Shown: positions 9,512 to 18,649 of the stretch, piece after piece
How positions within the stretch are numbered: the first letter of the stretch is position 1
How the letters are laid out: every line of letters begins with the position of its first letter
Source of the DNA: an uncultured Desulfosarcina sp.
GTDB lineage: Bacteria > Desulfobacterota > Desulfobacteria > Desulfobacterales > Desulfosarcinaceae
NCBI GenBank assembly: GCA_963674945.2
Contig: CAXXWQ010000003.1
Location: forward strand, 1,472,001-1,536,000
Length of the DNA: 64,000 nt
Reading direction: 5' to 3'
The notes under the pieces: model-generated
Told to the model about the DNA's origin: nothing
Databases searched by the model: none
What the model saw: the letters and a program-made list of their open reading frames with translations, nothing else
Translations under genes and position numbers: made by a program

Positions 9512-9778
9512 ATGAACGACTACATTCTTAAAATGATCATCAGTGAACGACATCGCCAGATTTCAAGGGAAATTCGGAATTCTTGGCAGTTACATACTTG
9601 CCCGAAACCAGATCGTAAAAACGATATAGCGGTGCTTTTACCTAAATTGTGCTTAGGTTTTATTCAAGCGCTCCTGCCTTGCCCGTGTAGCGGCGACAGG
9701 ACAGCAGTCTCCATGGGAGGAGAAGAACATGCAATGGATCGAATTAATCGGGGTTCGCTCCGCAGCCGGCAATCATGA
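9512..9778 (+). CDS. Small hypothetical protein
   Basis: MNDYILKMIISERHRQ...; first plausible start after the sigma54 promoter; overlaps the next gene. Confidence 0.45.
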   Translation: MNDYILKMIISERHRQISREIRNSWQLHTCPKPDRKNDIAVLLPKLCLGFIQALLPCPCSGDRTAVSMGGEEHAMDRINRGSLRSRQS

Positions 9779-10061
9779 GCGACTGGAAGAAAAACTGCGG
9801 GACTTCCTCCGTAAAATGCAACGTGGCGACGTGACACGAACGATTCACATCCTTCGACGGTTGTCCGTTGAGTCGGATCTGTGTGTCTATCTGCTCCACG
9901 ATTCAAAAAAGGCGGAACCCAGCGGAAGCCGACTTGGCTTGCACCTGGCCAGTGAACTGAAAGCCTTTGGTTTGGTGCACCACAGCATTTGGGAAAAAAT
10001 GCAGGGCAAACGCAAGGAATCGGAATCATCCATAGAAAATCCGAAATCCGCGTTTCATTAA
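9729..10061 (+). CDS. Hypothetical protein (MQWIELIGVRS...)
   Basis: 110-aa ORF with a GGAGG-type RBS and natural-looking composition. Confidence 0.7.
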   Translation: MQWIELIGVRSAAGNHERLEEKLRDFLRKMQRGDVTRTIHILRRLSVESDLCVYLLHDSKKAEPSGSRLGLHLASELKAFGLVHHSIWEKMQGKRKESESSIENPKSAFH

Positions 10062-10076
10062 AAGAGGAGGTGAATC

Positions 10077-10214
10077 ATGGGCTATCAGAAAATAGTTCCA
10101 ACCTATCTGTTACTATTGATTGGAGCGATCATTGCCGTATTGACAACAGGATGTCCGCTGCAGCCAATGGTCAAACCCGCGCCGAACAGGGTGATCGTCT
10201 CACAATTGGGGTAA
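10077..10214 (+). CDS. 45-aa putative lipoprotein, or an N-terminal remnant
   Basis: Strong RBS GAGGAGG; MGYQKIVPTYLLLLIGAIIAVLTTG|CPLQPMVKPAPNRVIVSQLG*. Below the ORF-track cutoff. Confidence 0.55.
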   Translation: MGYQKIVPTYLLLLIGAIIAVLTTGCPLQPMVKPAPNRVIVSQLG

Positions 10215-10224
10215 AAGTCCTAAA

Positions 10225-11136
10225 ATGAATACCATGAATAGCGTAATTTTCGATCGCATTATTATCTATTTTGGAATCTTGTTACCGATACTTGTTTCCG
10301 GATGTGCGTCCCTCCCAAATCAAAAAACCGGAGTCTTTGATCATCGTCGGGTTGAATATTCATTAATCAGAAACAACGGTGGAGCCCCGATTGTTGTATT
10401 TGAGAATGGTCTCAATGAAAAAATGCATGGGTGGAATAAGATTATTCCAGAGATCTCAGGATATGCCACTACGTTTGCATATAATCGTCCGGGTTACGGG
10501 AACAGTGATCCCGTATTTACTCCCCGCGATGGGCTCCATGTTGTTGATGAATTGCGGCTGCTACTCAGAAGCAATGGATTAGAACCTCCCTATGTCCTGG
10601 TCGGCCACTCCCTTGGCGGTTTATACATGCAATACTTTGCTCGACGATATCCTGAAGAGGTGGCGGGACTTATTCTCGTTGATTCGACGCACCCAAATCA
10701 GTTCAAAGAAAAAGGAAGCGTCGAAAACTGGCCATCCTGGCTTCGTATCGCCTTTCGCTGGTACTTGTCTTCAACTGCAAGAGCAGAGTTCGATCTGATC
10801 AATGCAACGGGAGATTATGTATTGTCCCTTCCCTTTTTTACAGAAAAACCCGTGACCGTATTGAGCGCATTGCGGCCGATGCGGGAAACATCAGCGATAG
10901 CGGATGATGCAAACGAAAAACGGGAAGATATCGCTCATCTGTATCCGGGAGCTAAACAAGTCTGGGTAGACAGTGGCCACGGCATTCCCGATGAAAAACC
11001 GGAATCGGTTATAAAAGCCATTCTTGAAGTGTTGCATTTGGAAGCAACAGAGAGAGCAGTAGTGAACGTGAAAGGGTTGGAAGGGAAAAAACCATCGCCC
11101 AAGGCAATCCAGCGGAAGTCTGCCGGCCGCCGCTGA
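10225..11136 (+). CDS. Alpha/beta hydrolase, probable lipoprotein
   Basis: LVSG|C lipobox, YNRPGYGNS, GHSLGG, SGHGI. Confidence 0.85.
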   Translation: MNTMNSVIFDRIIIYFGILLPILVSGCASLPNQKTGVFDHRRVEYSLIRNNGGAPIVVFENGLNEKMHGWNKIIPEISGYATTFAYNRPGYGNSDPVFTPRDGLHVVDELRLLLRSNGLEPPYVLVGHSLGGLYMQYFARRYPEEVAGLILVDSTHPNQFKEKGSVENWPSWLRIAFRWYLSSTARAEFDLINATGDYVLSLPFFTEKPVTVLSALRPMRETSAIADDANEKREDIAHLYPGAKQVWVDSGHGIPDEKPESVIKAILEVLHLEATERAVVNVKGLEGKKPSPKAIQRKSAGRR

Positions 11137-11150
11137 TTTCATCGCTCCCG
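11094..11150 (+). other. Eroded attC-like integron cassette site
   Basis: ATCCAGCGG...CCGCTGAT inverted repeat with one extra base; outer AAC/GTT boxes degenerate (CCC/GCT). Confidence 0.5.
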
Positions 11151-11207
11151 CCTTTCTAGTACGAATAGTATGGGCGGTGCAATCCTTTAGATAGAAAAGA
11201 GTCTTGT

Positions 11208-11855
11208 ATGAGCTTATTAGAAAAGATGCTGCGTCAGTGTAAAAAACCCAGTGGGCGATTTGGTCGATTTCTCGCCAAGGGAATGAATCTTGGGCATTCC
11301 GGTCTCACAAAATGGGGTTTGGGCTTTATCGATATCGCAAGTGATATGGACATACTTGACATTGGATGTGGCGGCGGAAGGACTGTCGAACGACTTGCAG
11401 GAATCGCCACAGATGGCAAAGTCGTCGGCATTGACTATTCTTCAGATGCTGTTGTAGTGGCCAGGAAAAAGAATCGTGCGCTTATTAACGAAGGACGAGT
11501 CGAGATATTTCAGGATGCTGTCTCCTCGATGAGATTCAGCGACGGTGCTTTTGATCTCATCACGGCCTTTGAGTCTCACTATTTCTGGCCGGATTTTCGT
11601 AATGACCTCAAAGAGGTTCATCGCGTTACCAAGCAAAACGGACAACTCCTTATCGTGGGAGCCGCCTATAAGAGTAAAAAATACGACCGCAGAAACCAGC
11701 GTATTGTAGATGCCATTGAAATGACGTATCTGAGCATCGACGAGTTACGAGACGTATTGGTAGGTGTTGGGTACTCAAAATTCGATCCATTTGAGGAAAA
11801 GAAGAAGGGATGGTTTGCTATCAAATGCAAAAAACAAGCAAGAGAAACCGTTTAA
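11208..11855 (+). CDS. Class I SAM-dependent methyltransferase
   Basis: ILDIGCGGG, GIDYS, FDLITAFESHYFWPD. Confidence 0.9.
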   Translation: MSLLEKMLRQCKKPSGRFGRFLAKGMNLGHSGLTKWGLGFIDIASDMDILDIGCGGGRTVERLAGIATDGKVVGIDYSSDAVVVARKKNRALINEGRVEIFQDAVSSMRFSDGAFDLITAFESHYFWPDFRNDLKEVHRVTKQNGQLLIVGAAYKSKKYDRRNQRIVDAIEMTYLSIDELRDVLVGVGYSKFDPFEEKKKGWFAIKCKKQARETV

Positions 11856-11888
11856 TTTCATTTTACTCGAACCGCAAAGGAGGTAGAT

Positions 11889-12704
11889 ATGGAAAGTGTA
11901 ATTGCGCAAAACCTGCAACCTGAGTTCGCACCCGTGGCAGTGGTCTGGAGCAACACCATTCCTGATGATACGCTTCAGTTCAAGAAGGACAAGTTCGGTT
12001 GCATTCTCTACCTTTTTGCCGAGGCATCCCGGCGGGGGAAAGTCGCCGGCGGCAATCGGGAGACGATCACCTGTAATGGCGGTCGTGCTGCTTTGGGCCT
12101 GGGAATCGATTTTGATGCTTCCGATGAACTGCTCGATCGGTACGCTGCCGTATTCAGCAAAGGACTCAAATCCGCTAGCAATCAAGAAGCGTATCGCGAC
12201 AGGATGGAGGCCGCTCCCAAGAGCTGGCGCTCCTTGTATGAGTACGGTGAGCGCAGGCACTGCAATGCTGAACTCGCCAAAGAGTGGATAGTAGATGGCT
12301 TGCCGCGCTACGATATTCCTTACGAGTATATACTATTCAAGCCTCTGAGCCGCACAGATTCTGATGAAAACATCCGCGCTGTGATTTTCCCGGTAAATCC
12401 TGTAGAGCTATCCGGTCTGGTCACCTTGGCAGGATCTGTAATGTCGGGTACGGATCCCGTCCAAGTTCCTCAAGGCGCAGACTGTAACAGCATCTCCTCA
12501 TTTGCCTATGCACAGGCAGAATCGACGAATCCCAGAGCGGTTCTGGGCATGTTGGGTAGTGATGGCCGGGAACTGATGCGTAAACGTTTCAGAGACGATA
12601 TCCTGACACTTACTTTACCAATACGGCTTTTTCAGCGCATGGAGGAGGAGGCCAACGACTGCGTGTTCCAGCTCCCTTCATGGAAGGGGTTGGTTGGACG
12701 TTGA
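11889..12704 (+). CDS. DUF169 family protein
   Basis: PVAV, C...F, CNGGRAALG, VIFPVNPVELSGL, ADC pattern; RBS AGGAGG. Confidence 0.75.
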   Translation: MESVIAQNLQPEFAPVAVVWSNTIPDDTLQFKKDKFGCILYLFAEASRRGKVAGGNRETITCNGGRAALGLGIDFDASDELLDRYAAVFSKGLKSASNQEAYRDRMEAAPKSWRSLYEYGERRHCNAELAKEWIVDGLPRYDIPYEYILFKPLSRTDSDENIRAVIFPVNPVELSGLVTLAGSVMSGTDPVQVPQGADCNSISSFAYAQAESTNPRAVLGMLGSDGRELMRKRFRDDILTLTLPIRLFQRMEEEANDCVFQLPSWKGLVGR

Positions 12705-12714
12705 TATCAAAAGG

Positions 12715-12945
12715 ATGACGGAATTGAAACAATTATTTTGGAGCTGCATTATTATCAGCGTAGTACTTTTCGCTCCTGCCTGCTCAAAAATGCAAGTAAA
12801 ATCAGTTTTGGATGATATTTCAAGAGATACTTATGATAACAATTCGAAAAAGCAGCGTATTGAGAACTCTGGAGATCCAAACTATGAAGAACCACCTCCA
12901 TATAATCAATATCAGAGGGAAAGAAAAGAGATGTTATCCGAATAA
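12715..12945 (+). CDS. Small hypothetical lipoprotein
   Basis: Hydrophobic N-terminus ending FAPA|C; C-terminal PPYNQYQRER. Confidence 0.55.
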   Translation: MTELKQLFWSCIIISVVLFAPACSKMQVKSVLDDISRDTYDNNSKKQRIENSGDPNYEEPPPYNQYQRERKEMLSE

Positions 12946-13144
12946 TTGACAAAATCAGAAAAAATATGGTAGCGCAATACGATATTCATATCGATCGAGG
13001 TGCAATTATGCAAACAGTTGTGGTTCCTTTAAAATAGCCGCAGACCAATCTCATTCTTCAGCTAATCGTTGACAGATCACCGCGTCTGCTGAGACTTGGC
13101 GTCACTGGATTAGAACTTATAAAATTTTACGGGCCTGAACTTTC

Positions 13145-15058
13145 ATGAAAAAGACCAGACCGATCAAGTTGTTTGGAATGAGCATTGCCTTTTTCACTGC
13201 ATTCGCTCTGATGGTGGGCTGTGCCCTGATAAAAGCCAAACAAGATATCGATAAGGGGCAAGATCGTACAGTGATCATCGGCCACGTGTATGGATCGTTC
13301 CCGGGGGACGGGCCGATAATCGTTGCTGCCTGCTCAAAGACAAAACCTGCTGAAATCAACATGCATACGGTTTTGCACGATTCGGGTGAGTATGAAATCC
13401 TCGTGGACCAGGGCAAATACTATGTCTTTGCCTATTGGGATAAAAACAGCAACCTGACCTATGACGCCGGTGAACCGGCCGGGCAGTATGGCAGCCCCAA
13501 ATGGGTAAAAACCACGTCCGTAGGCGTCGTTTTCGACATTAACATCCATATCCCCGAAGGGGGGCGTCGTATCGAGATCCCCCACGGAACCGTCGTCGCA
13601 TCGGCAGATCCGCAAAACCTCTACAGCCGCCAGGCCGGGGTCATCACGGATCTGGATGATGAACGCTTTTCCGAAGCAAATGGCGTAAAGGGCTTCTGGG
13701 AACCTGCCGCATTTTTCAACCAATTTGGTGGATCCATCTATTTTCTGGAACAGTACGATCCCCAAAAGATACCCGTTCTTTTCATTCATGGCGCCACCGG
13801 AACGCCCAAGGGATGGCAGTATTTTGTGGATCACATGGACCGAACCCGCTTTCAGCCATGGTTCTTTTATTATGCCACGGGAAATCGCATCGACAGCATG
13901 GCCTATCTGCTGTTGTGGAAATTGATGAACCTTCAGGCCAAATATCAATTCGACGAGATGTACATTACGGCACACAGCATGGGCGGTCTGGTCGCCAGAT
14001 CCTTTATCGTCAATTACGGATCACAATTTCCCTATGTAAAGCTTCTCGTTTCACTGGCAACGCCATGGGGCGGCGATCGGATGGCCGAACTCGGTACCAA
14101 ACAGTCCCCCATCGTCATACCAAGTTGGATCGACATGCAGCCCGAAGGAGACTTTATCCAATCGCTGTACCGGAAAAAGCTGCCCGAATCGGTAGACTTT
14201 TATATGTTCTACGGCTACCGTGGAAGCCGAAACCCGTTTCGATCCAACAACGACGGAACCATTACCCTCTCCAGTCTTTTGGACGACAGGCCCCAATCCG
14301 AAGCAAATATGAATTATGCCTTCGATGAGGATCACGACAGCATCCTCACAAGCAAAAGAGTTATCGAGCAGTACAATGCAGTTCTCACCGCATTCGATGA
14401 GAAACAAGGGGAACCACAGCAACAATCCGGAGGCTATCTGAAAGTGGGCTTTGCCGATGACTATGATTTCAAAGGCGCCAAACCATCTCGTGTGCTCATC
14501 CTACGTCCCGACAACAAAAAAAATGGCAACACCATTATGTACTTGAACGATGACGACAACGGAAAAACACTCGGGCCGTTTCCCCCCGGCAATTATACGG
14601 CGAGCCTGGTGACGATGGCGGCAAAAACGAGAAGAACATATGTCCCCGTCTCCATCCAACGCAACCAGACCAAAACCATCAATTTTGAATTTGTCCCGGA
14701 CGGGGTGATAAACGGATGCGTCACCACCGGGCTCAAACCGGAAGATAAATTTCCGGGAAGACCGGATTATCGATATCGAACCATCGATACAACAATTCAC
14801 ATTCAATCCATTGCCTTGAAAGGCGACAGTGTCCATCGTGTGCTGCAACCCACTGAAGGACCGGAGCCTGATGATCTTGATTATTTTATTTCACGCGATG
14901 ATGGCTGCCACAATCAGTGTTTTGTTTTCTTTGGGCTGCCTGCCGGGGACTACACGCTGTCTATAGAGGCCAAGGACTACCGATCCGTCGAAAAAAAGTA
15001 TTCCGTCACGCCGGGAATGCCGCAGTATTATCGGCCCACCGAATTGGTGCCGGAGTAA
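13145..15058 (+). CDS. Lipoprotein with central alpha/beta hydrolase (PGAP1/lipase-like) domain flanked by beta-sandwich-like regions
   Basis: LMVG|C lipobox; PVLFIHG, AHSMGGLVAR, SLATPWGG, NDG, DHDSIL. Confidence 0.8.
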   Translation: MKKTRPIKLFGMSIAFFTAFALMVGCALIKAKQDIDKGQDRTVIIGHVYGSFPGDGPIIVAACSKTKPAEINMHTVLHDSGEYEILVDQGKYYVFAYWDKNSNLTYDAGEPAGQYGSPKWVKTTSVGVVFDINIHIPEGGRRIEIPHGTVVASADPQNLYSRQAGVITDLDDERFSEANGVKGFWEPAAFFNQFGGSIYFLEQYDPQKIPVLFIHGATGTPKGWQYFVDHMDRTRFQPWFFYYATGNRIDSMAYLLLWKLMNLQAKYQFDEMYITAHSMGGLVARSFIVNYGSQFPYVKLLVSLATPWGGDRMAELGTKQSPIVIPSWIDMQPEGDFIQSLYRKKLPESVDFYMFYGYRGSRNPFRSNNDGTITLSSLLDDRPQSEANMNYAFDEDHDSILTSKRVIEQYNAVLTAFDEKQGEPQQQSGGYLKVGFADDYDFKGAKPSRVLILRPDNKKNGNTIMYLNDDDNGKTLGPFPPGNYTASLVTMAAKTRRTYVPVSIQRNQTKTINFEFVPDGVINGCVTTGLKPEDKFPGRPDYRYRTIDTTIHIQSIALKGDSVHRVLQPTEGPEPDDLDYFISRDDGCHNQCFVFFGLPAGDYTLSIEAKDYRSVEKKYSVTPGMPQYYRPTELVPE

Positions 15059-15070
15059 ACCGTTATTTTC

Positions 15071-15380
15071 TCACATAAAAGCGCCACTACAATCCATGCA
15101 ACGCCCCCACGCGGCGGCCTGGGCGCGGTCGTTTACGCCCAGACTGTTGAAAAGGCCGATGACGTGGCTTTTCACGGTGTGTTGGGAGATCGAAAGCGCC
15201 TTGCCGGGCATGCAATCCGCAAACCCGTTCGTCAAAGAGGAATTTGATGTATACCGGTTTGTAGAAAAACTGGGCATGGTCTGCAACGGCATTGACATAG
15301 GGAAACAGGGGAGACTGATCTCCGTCCCATTTGAACTGGGCGCCGGTGGAATGGCAGTTGACCTCGGCCGTTTGCCCGGC
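15071..15380 (-). pseudogene. Fragmented LuxR-HTH regulator
   Basis: ISQHTVKSHVIGLFNSLGVNDRAQAAAW (LuxR C-terminus) lies out of frame with an upstream fragment (LFPYVNAVADHAQFFYKPVYIKF). 5' boundary approximate. Confidence 0.6.
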
Positions 15381-15974
15381 CAGGGGTATTGATTCGAAGA
15401 GCGTCAGCGTGTGAAAAATCCGCGAAAAGTCCCTTTTGGCGATGAAATCGGCTGTGATTGTCAAACCTTCCATGGGTATTGTCCCCGATTCGCGGTTAGT
15501 TTCCCGGGCTGTATTGGCAAAGGGCATTCATTCATCAATGTTTGATGACCACTTTGCTTTCCCTTTGCGCAAGCTCTTAGAAAATAAATTCGCTTGAGGC
15601 AATGTTTTTCGAAAAAAGCATCACTCCACCATTTGGGGGATTTCAGGCTGCTGGAAGAAACCAATCTAAAGGAAATGGATTTTTCAGAAGCCATCTCAAA
15701 AAAGACACAATATTTTCTGAGAATCTATCGTTAGACCCTCTTTAGAATATCTTGAAAATATGGCTGGAATGCGAAGCCGTATGAGTATTTTAATATTTCT
15801 CCTATTTAAACGACCTGATATTCAGTGATGCTGATGGATCTGATGATTCCATCATTCAAAAGCTTCTCAAAAGTTATTTGTCTCTTAGCCGTTTCGGACC
15901 GCTTTGGCCGGCGGCCGCCGCTGCTGACGTGGTCTTCTTATCGCTGGATGTTCGTGGTCCAGGCCGCTATGGCT

Positions 15975-16285
15975 TTCGTCTATTACAAATTATATTAAAA
16001 TAGAATACAATCAAACATTATTTGAGCTATTATATGGCCCTTATTATCACATATGCATTGATTGATATATTAATTATATTGACACAAGAGTTATACAGCA
16101 ATATAAATCATTTAAGTGGGTCGTGGTGTTTTTTATGATTCCAATTGGACTGGTTATTTTCAGCGACTACAGCAGGCAAACTCATGCCTAAGGCAGTTTA
16201 TAGAAATGATTATTTCTATAATATAAGCAGACAATTGAAATATTGATAGCAAATCTGAGATGATCACGAAACACGACCTGCTGTT
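15975..16285 (+). repeat. Copy A of an inverted duplicated promoter/leader element
   Basis: Aligns with the reverse complement of 25413-25721; TTGACA(16079)-N17-TATAAA(16102). Confidence 0.85.
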
Positions 16286-16920
16286 CTTCCCTGAGGCTGC
16301 CTAACGCATTCAGACAATGCCTGCTTTCGCTCCAGCCGAAAGTCCATAAATTCGGTATTTGGGGCGAATACTCGTCTAAGAACTTATTAACTCTTAGTAC
16401 TATCGATTCAACCACTATGGATCTATTAGCAAATGGGTGCGATGCGCCAATTGCGAGGTATTATTGTAAATCCTTTCATTCTCTGGTCAAAGTGTCAACA
16501 TGATGTACCAGAGGTTGACGAGACAAGTGATGATCTAAACCCTGAATACGTTGCCGCTATAGATGTTTCGCTTCAGACTATGTCGGATGGAAGGCCTGGG
16601 AAGAACTGGCGTAGTAGTGAAAAGCTGAACATCTACTTGATTCTGAAAGAAAATGATCGATGATTTGCGTCGAGCAAAGGTATTTCGTTGAAATCAATGT
16701 GAAAGCAGTGCTGCACTGCTGTTTCATTGGCCATGATAGGGCGAGTCGATACCATAAAGCCCGGCAGCCAATTACGTGAACTGCAGGTATGCCACAATTA
16801 TTTCACTTCGACAATATAGTTATCATACCGCGAGATAAAAGGAGGAATATGATGAGTTAGAATTCAAGATGATAGACTTGCCCTGAGAAGATAAGGGAGG
16901 CGTTTTATTGTACACGCATA

Positions 16921-17076
16921 GCATCATTTGACGGTCGTTAGGAACTATTTTTCTTTCATTTTATTTGCCATACCTCAACCCTATAGCACTGCTGTGGGGC
17001 CATACGAAGAAGAACGGTGTTGGGTACAAGATGATCCAGAGACAAGACCATCCTTAAAAAGTTGGCACTGAATAGG
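16921..17076 (+). pseudogene. Decayed IS630-family transposase C-terminal fragment
   Basis: With a stop and frameshifts it reads ASFDGR*ELFF / PYLNPIALLWGHTKKNGVGYKMIQ..DH / KKLALNR, resembling the IS630 motif RLELFFLPxYSPxLNPxExxW. Confidence 0.5.
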
Positions 17077-17105
17077 AACATCAACACATAATCGAGGAGG
17101 GGCAG

Positions 17106-18626
17106 ATGAGGTACTTGAAACTTCAAAAAACCATTTTTCTTGTGACAGCATTCATTTTCAGCGTGTTTTCATTTCTTGGATCCGCAGGTGCGGTGGGGTT
17201 CAAGTTAGGGGATGATGCCCAACTGGATTGTGACGTAACGGTAACGTACGGGATCGCAACGAGGACATCCGACCAGGACGATGAAAAGCTGGCCGATTGG
17301 TCCACGGATGACGGCAACCGGAATTTCGACCAGTGGGACCTTGTCAACAACAAGATCACCGCCATAGCGGACATCCAGTTTGAGTATAAAAATGCGGGCC
17401 TGTTTGTCCGGCCGAAGGCTTTTTATGACCACGTTTACTTTACGGATAACGCCAATGACAGCCCGGAGAGCAACAACGCCTACCGGGGCGGTCTTACTGA
17501 TTCATCGGATCAATGGGCCGATGAAATCGAGGATATCCACGGCATGAATGCGGAAATCCTGGATTTTTTTGGATATTACAATGGTAGACTGTTCGACCAA
17601 GATTATAGTTTTCGCGTGGGAAGGCAGGTAATCAGCTGGGGAGAAAGCCTGATGATTACGGGGGGCATCTCTTCGGCCCAAAGCCCGATTGATGTTTCCG
17701 CCGCGCAGGCAGCGGGTACGGAGGTAAAGGAAATATATTTGCCCACCGGATCGGCTTATCTTCGGATGGGAATTACCCCGTCTTTGGGGCTTTCCGGTTA
17801 TTATCAGTGGGAATGGGAAAAGAGCCGAATGATGGAGGGCGGCACCTTTTTTTCACGCGGGGATATGATCGATGAAATAAGGGCACCCATCGTGCTGGAT
17901 TATCTTCCTGTTCCGATTGATAGGGGTACCGATGAGGAAGCAAAAGACTCCGGCCAGTACGGAGTCTCTCTAAAGTATATGACGCCGTGGCTTAACGCAG
18001 CGGAAGTCGGCCTTTATTTTATCAACTATCACGATAAATTCCCCCTTCTTGTTTCGGGTCCTCCCACCGCAACCAGTCCCTTGGCGACGTATCATTTAAA
18101 ATTTATCGAAGACATCAAGCTTTATGGCGTTAGCTTCAGCTCTTGTATCGGAGATGCCAATGTCAGTGGCGAATTCAGCTATCGGGAGAATCTCGGAACC
18201 TTGATCGATAATGAGATTGAACTCATCGACTACTGGCAGGCACAGACATCAGTTATCTATACCGTCCCCCTCCCGTTTTTTGCCGATCAGGTTGCGATGG
18301 TCGGTGAAGTCGCATGCGGCAAGGAAGTCGATCTCGGGGAAGAAAACGAGTTTGCATGGTCATATGCAGCCACTTTTGTCTTTAGTTGGGCCCAGGTATT
18401 TCAAAAGACGGATTTTAATTTAGACCTGGCATCTTCCGGTACGCCCGAAGGCTCGACGGAGCGCACCCTTCCGTTGGGTGACGAACGCGCTTTTGCCGCC
18501 TCTATCGGCATCGGAATTACCTATGATTTTAGGCTTAAGGCAGGCCTTGTCTATGAGAACCGATTGGACAGACATGGCCTGGCGGATCGTGACACGCTCA
18601 GCTTGGAACTTTCTTATACATTTTAA
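17106..18626 (+). CDS. DUF1302 family outer membrane beta-barrel protein (cassette 1)
   Basis: Signal peptide, DDGNRNFD, RVGRQVISWGES, YQWEWE, YFINYHDK, DRD, C-terminal SYTF. Confidence 0.85.
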   Translation: MRYLKLQKTIFLVTAFIFSVFSFLGSAGAVGFKLGDDAQLDCDVTVTYGIATRTSDQDDEKLADWSTDDGNRNFDQWDLVNNKITAIADIQFEYKNAGLFVRPKAFYDHVYFTDNANDSPESNNAYRGGLTDSSDQWADEIEDIHGMNAEILDFFGYYNGRLFDQDYSFRVGRQVISWGESLMITGGISSAQSPIDVSAAQAAGTEVKEIYLPTGSAYLRMGITPSLGLSGYYQWEWEKSRMMEGGTFFSRGDMIDEIRAPIVLDYLPVPIDRGTDEEAKDSGQYGVSLKYMTPWLNAAEVGLYFINYHDKFPLLVSGPPTATSPLATYHLKFIEDIKLYGVSFSSCIGDANVSGEFSYRENLGTLIDNEIELIDYWQAQTSVIYTVPLPFFADQVAMVGEVACGKEVDLGEENEFAWSYAATFVFSWAQVFQKTDFNLDLASSGTPEGSTERTLPLGDERAFAASIGIGITYDFRLKAGLVYENRLDRHGLADRDTLSLELSYTF

Positions 18627-18649
18627 TCAAATATGAGGAGGCGTATAAA

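Noticed and set aside
15540..15960. AT-rich stretch with short ORFs
   Set aside because: No recognisable protein motif; cannot be assigned without a search.
16169..16196. GGCAAAC...CCTAAG resemblance to a c-di-GMP-I riboswitch
   Set aside because: Lacks the GNRA-capped P2 stem and GCAAAGC junction; spacing is too short.
16838..16860. Perfect AAGGAGG followed by mini-ORF MMS*
   Set aside because: Lies in probable decayed IS630 sequence and has very short SD spacing; no support for a functional uORF.
17062..17077. TTGGCAC possible sigma54 promoter for cassette 1
   Set aside because: No -12 GC (reads GA), no enhancer sites, and it lies within the IS relic.
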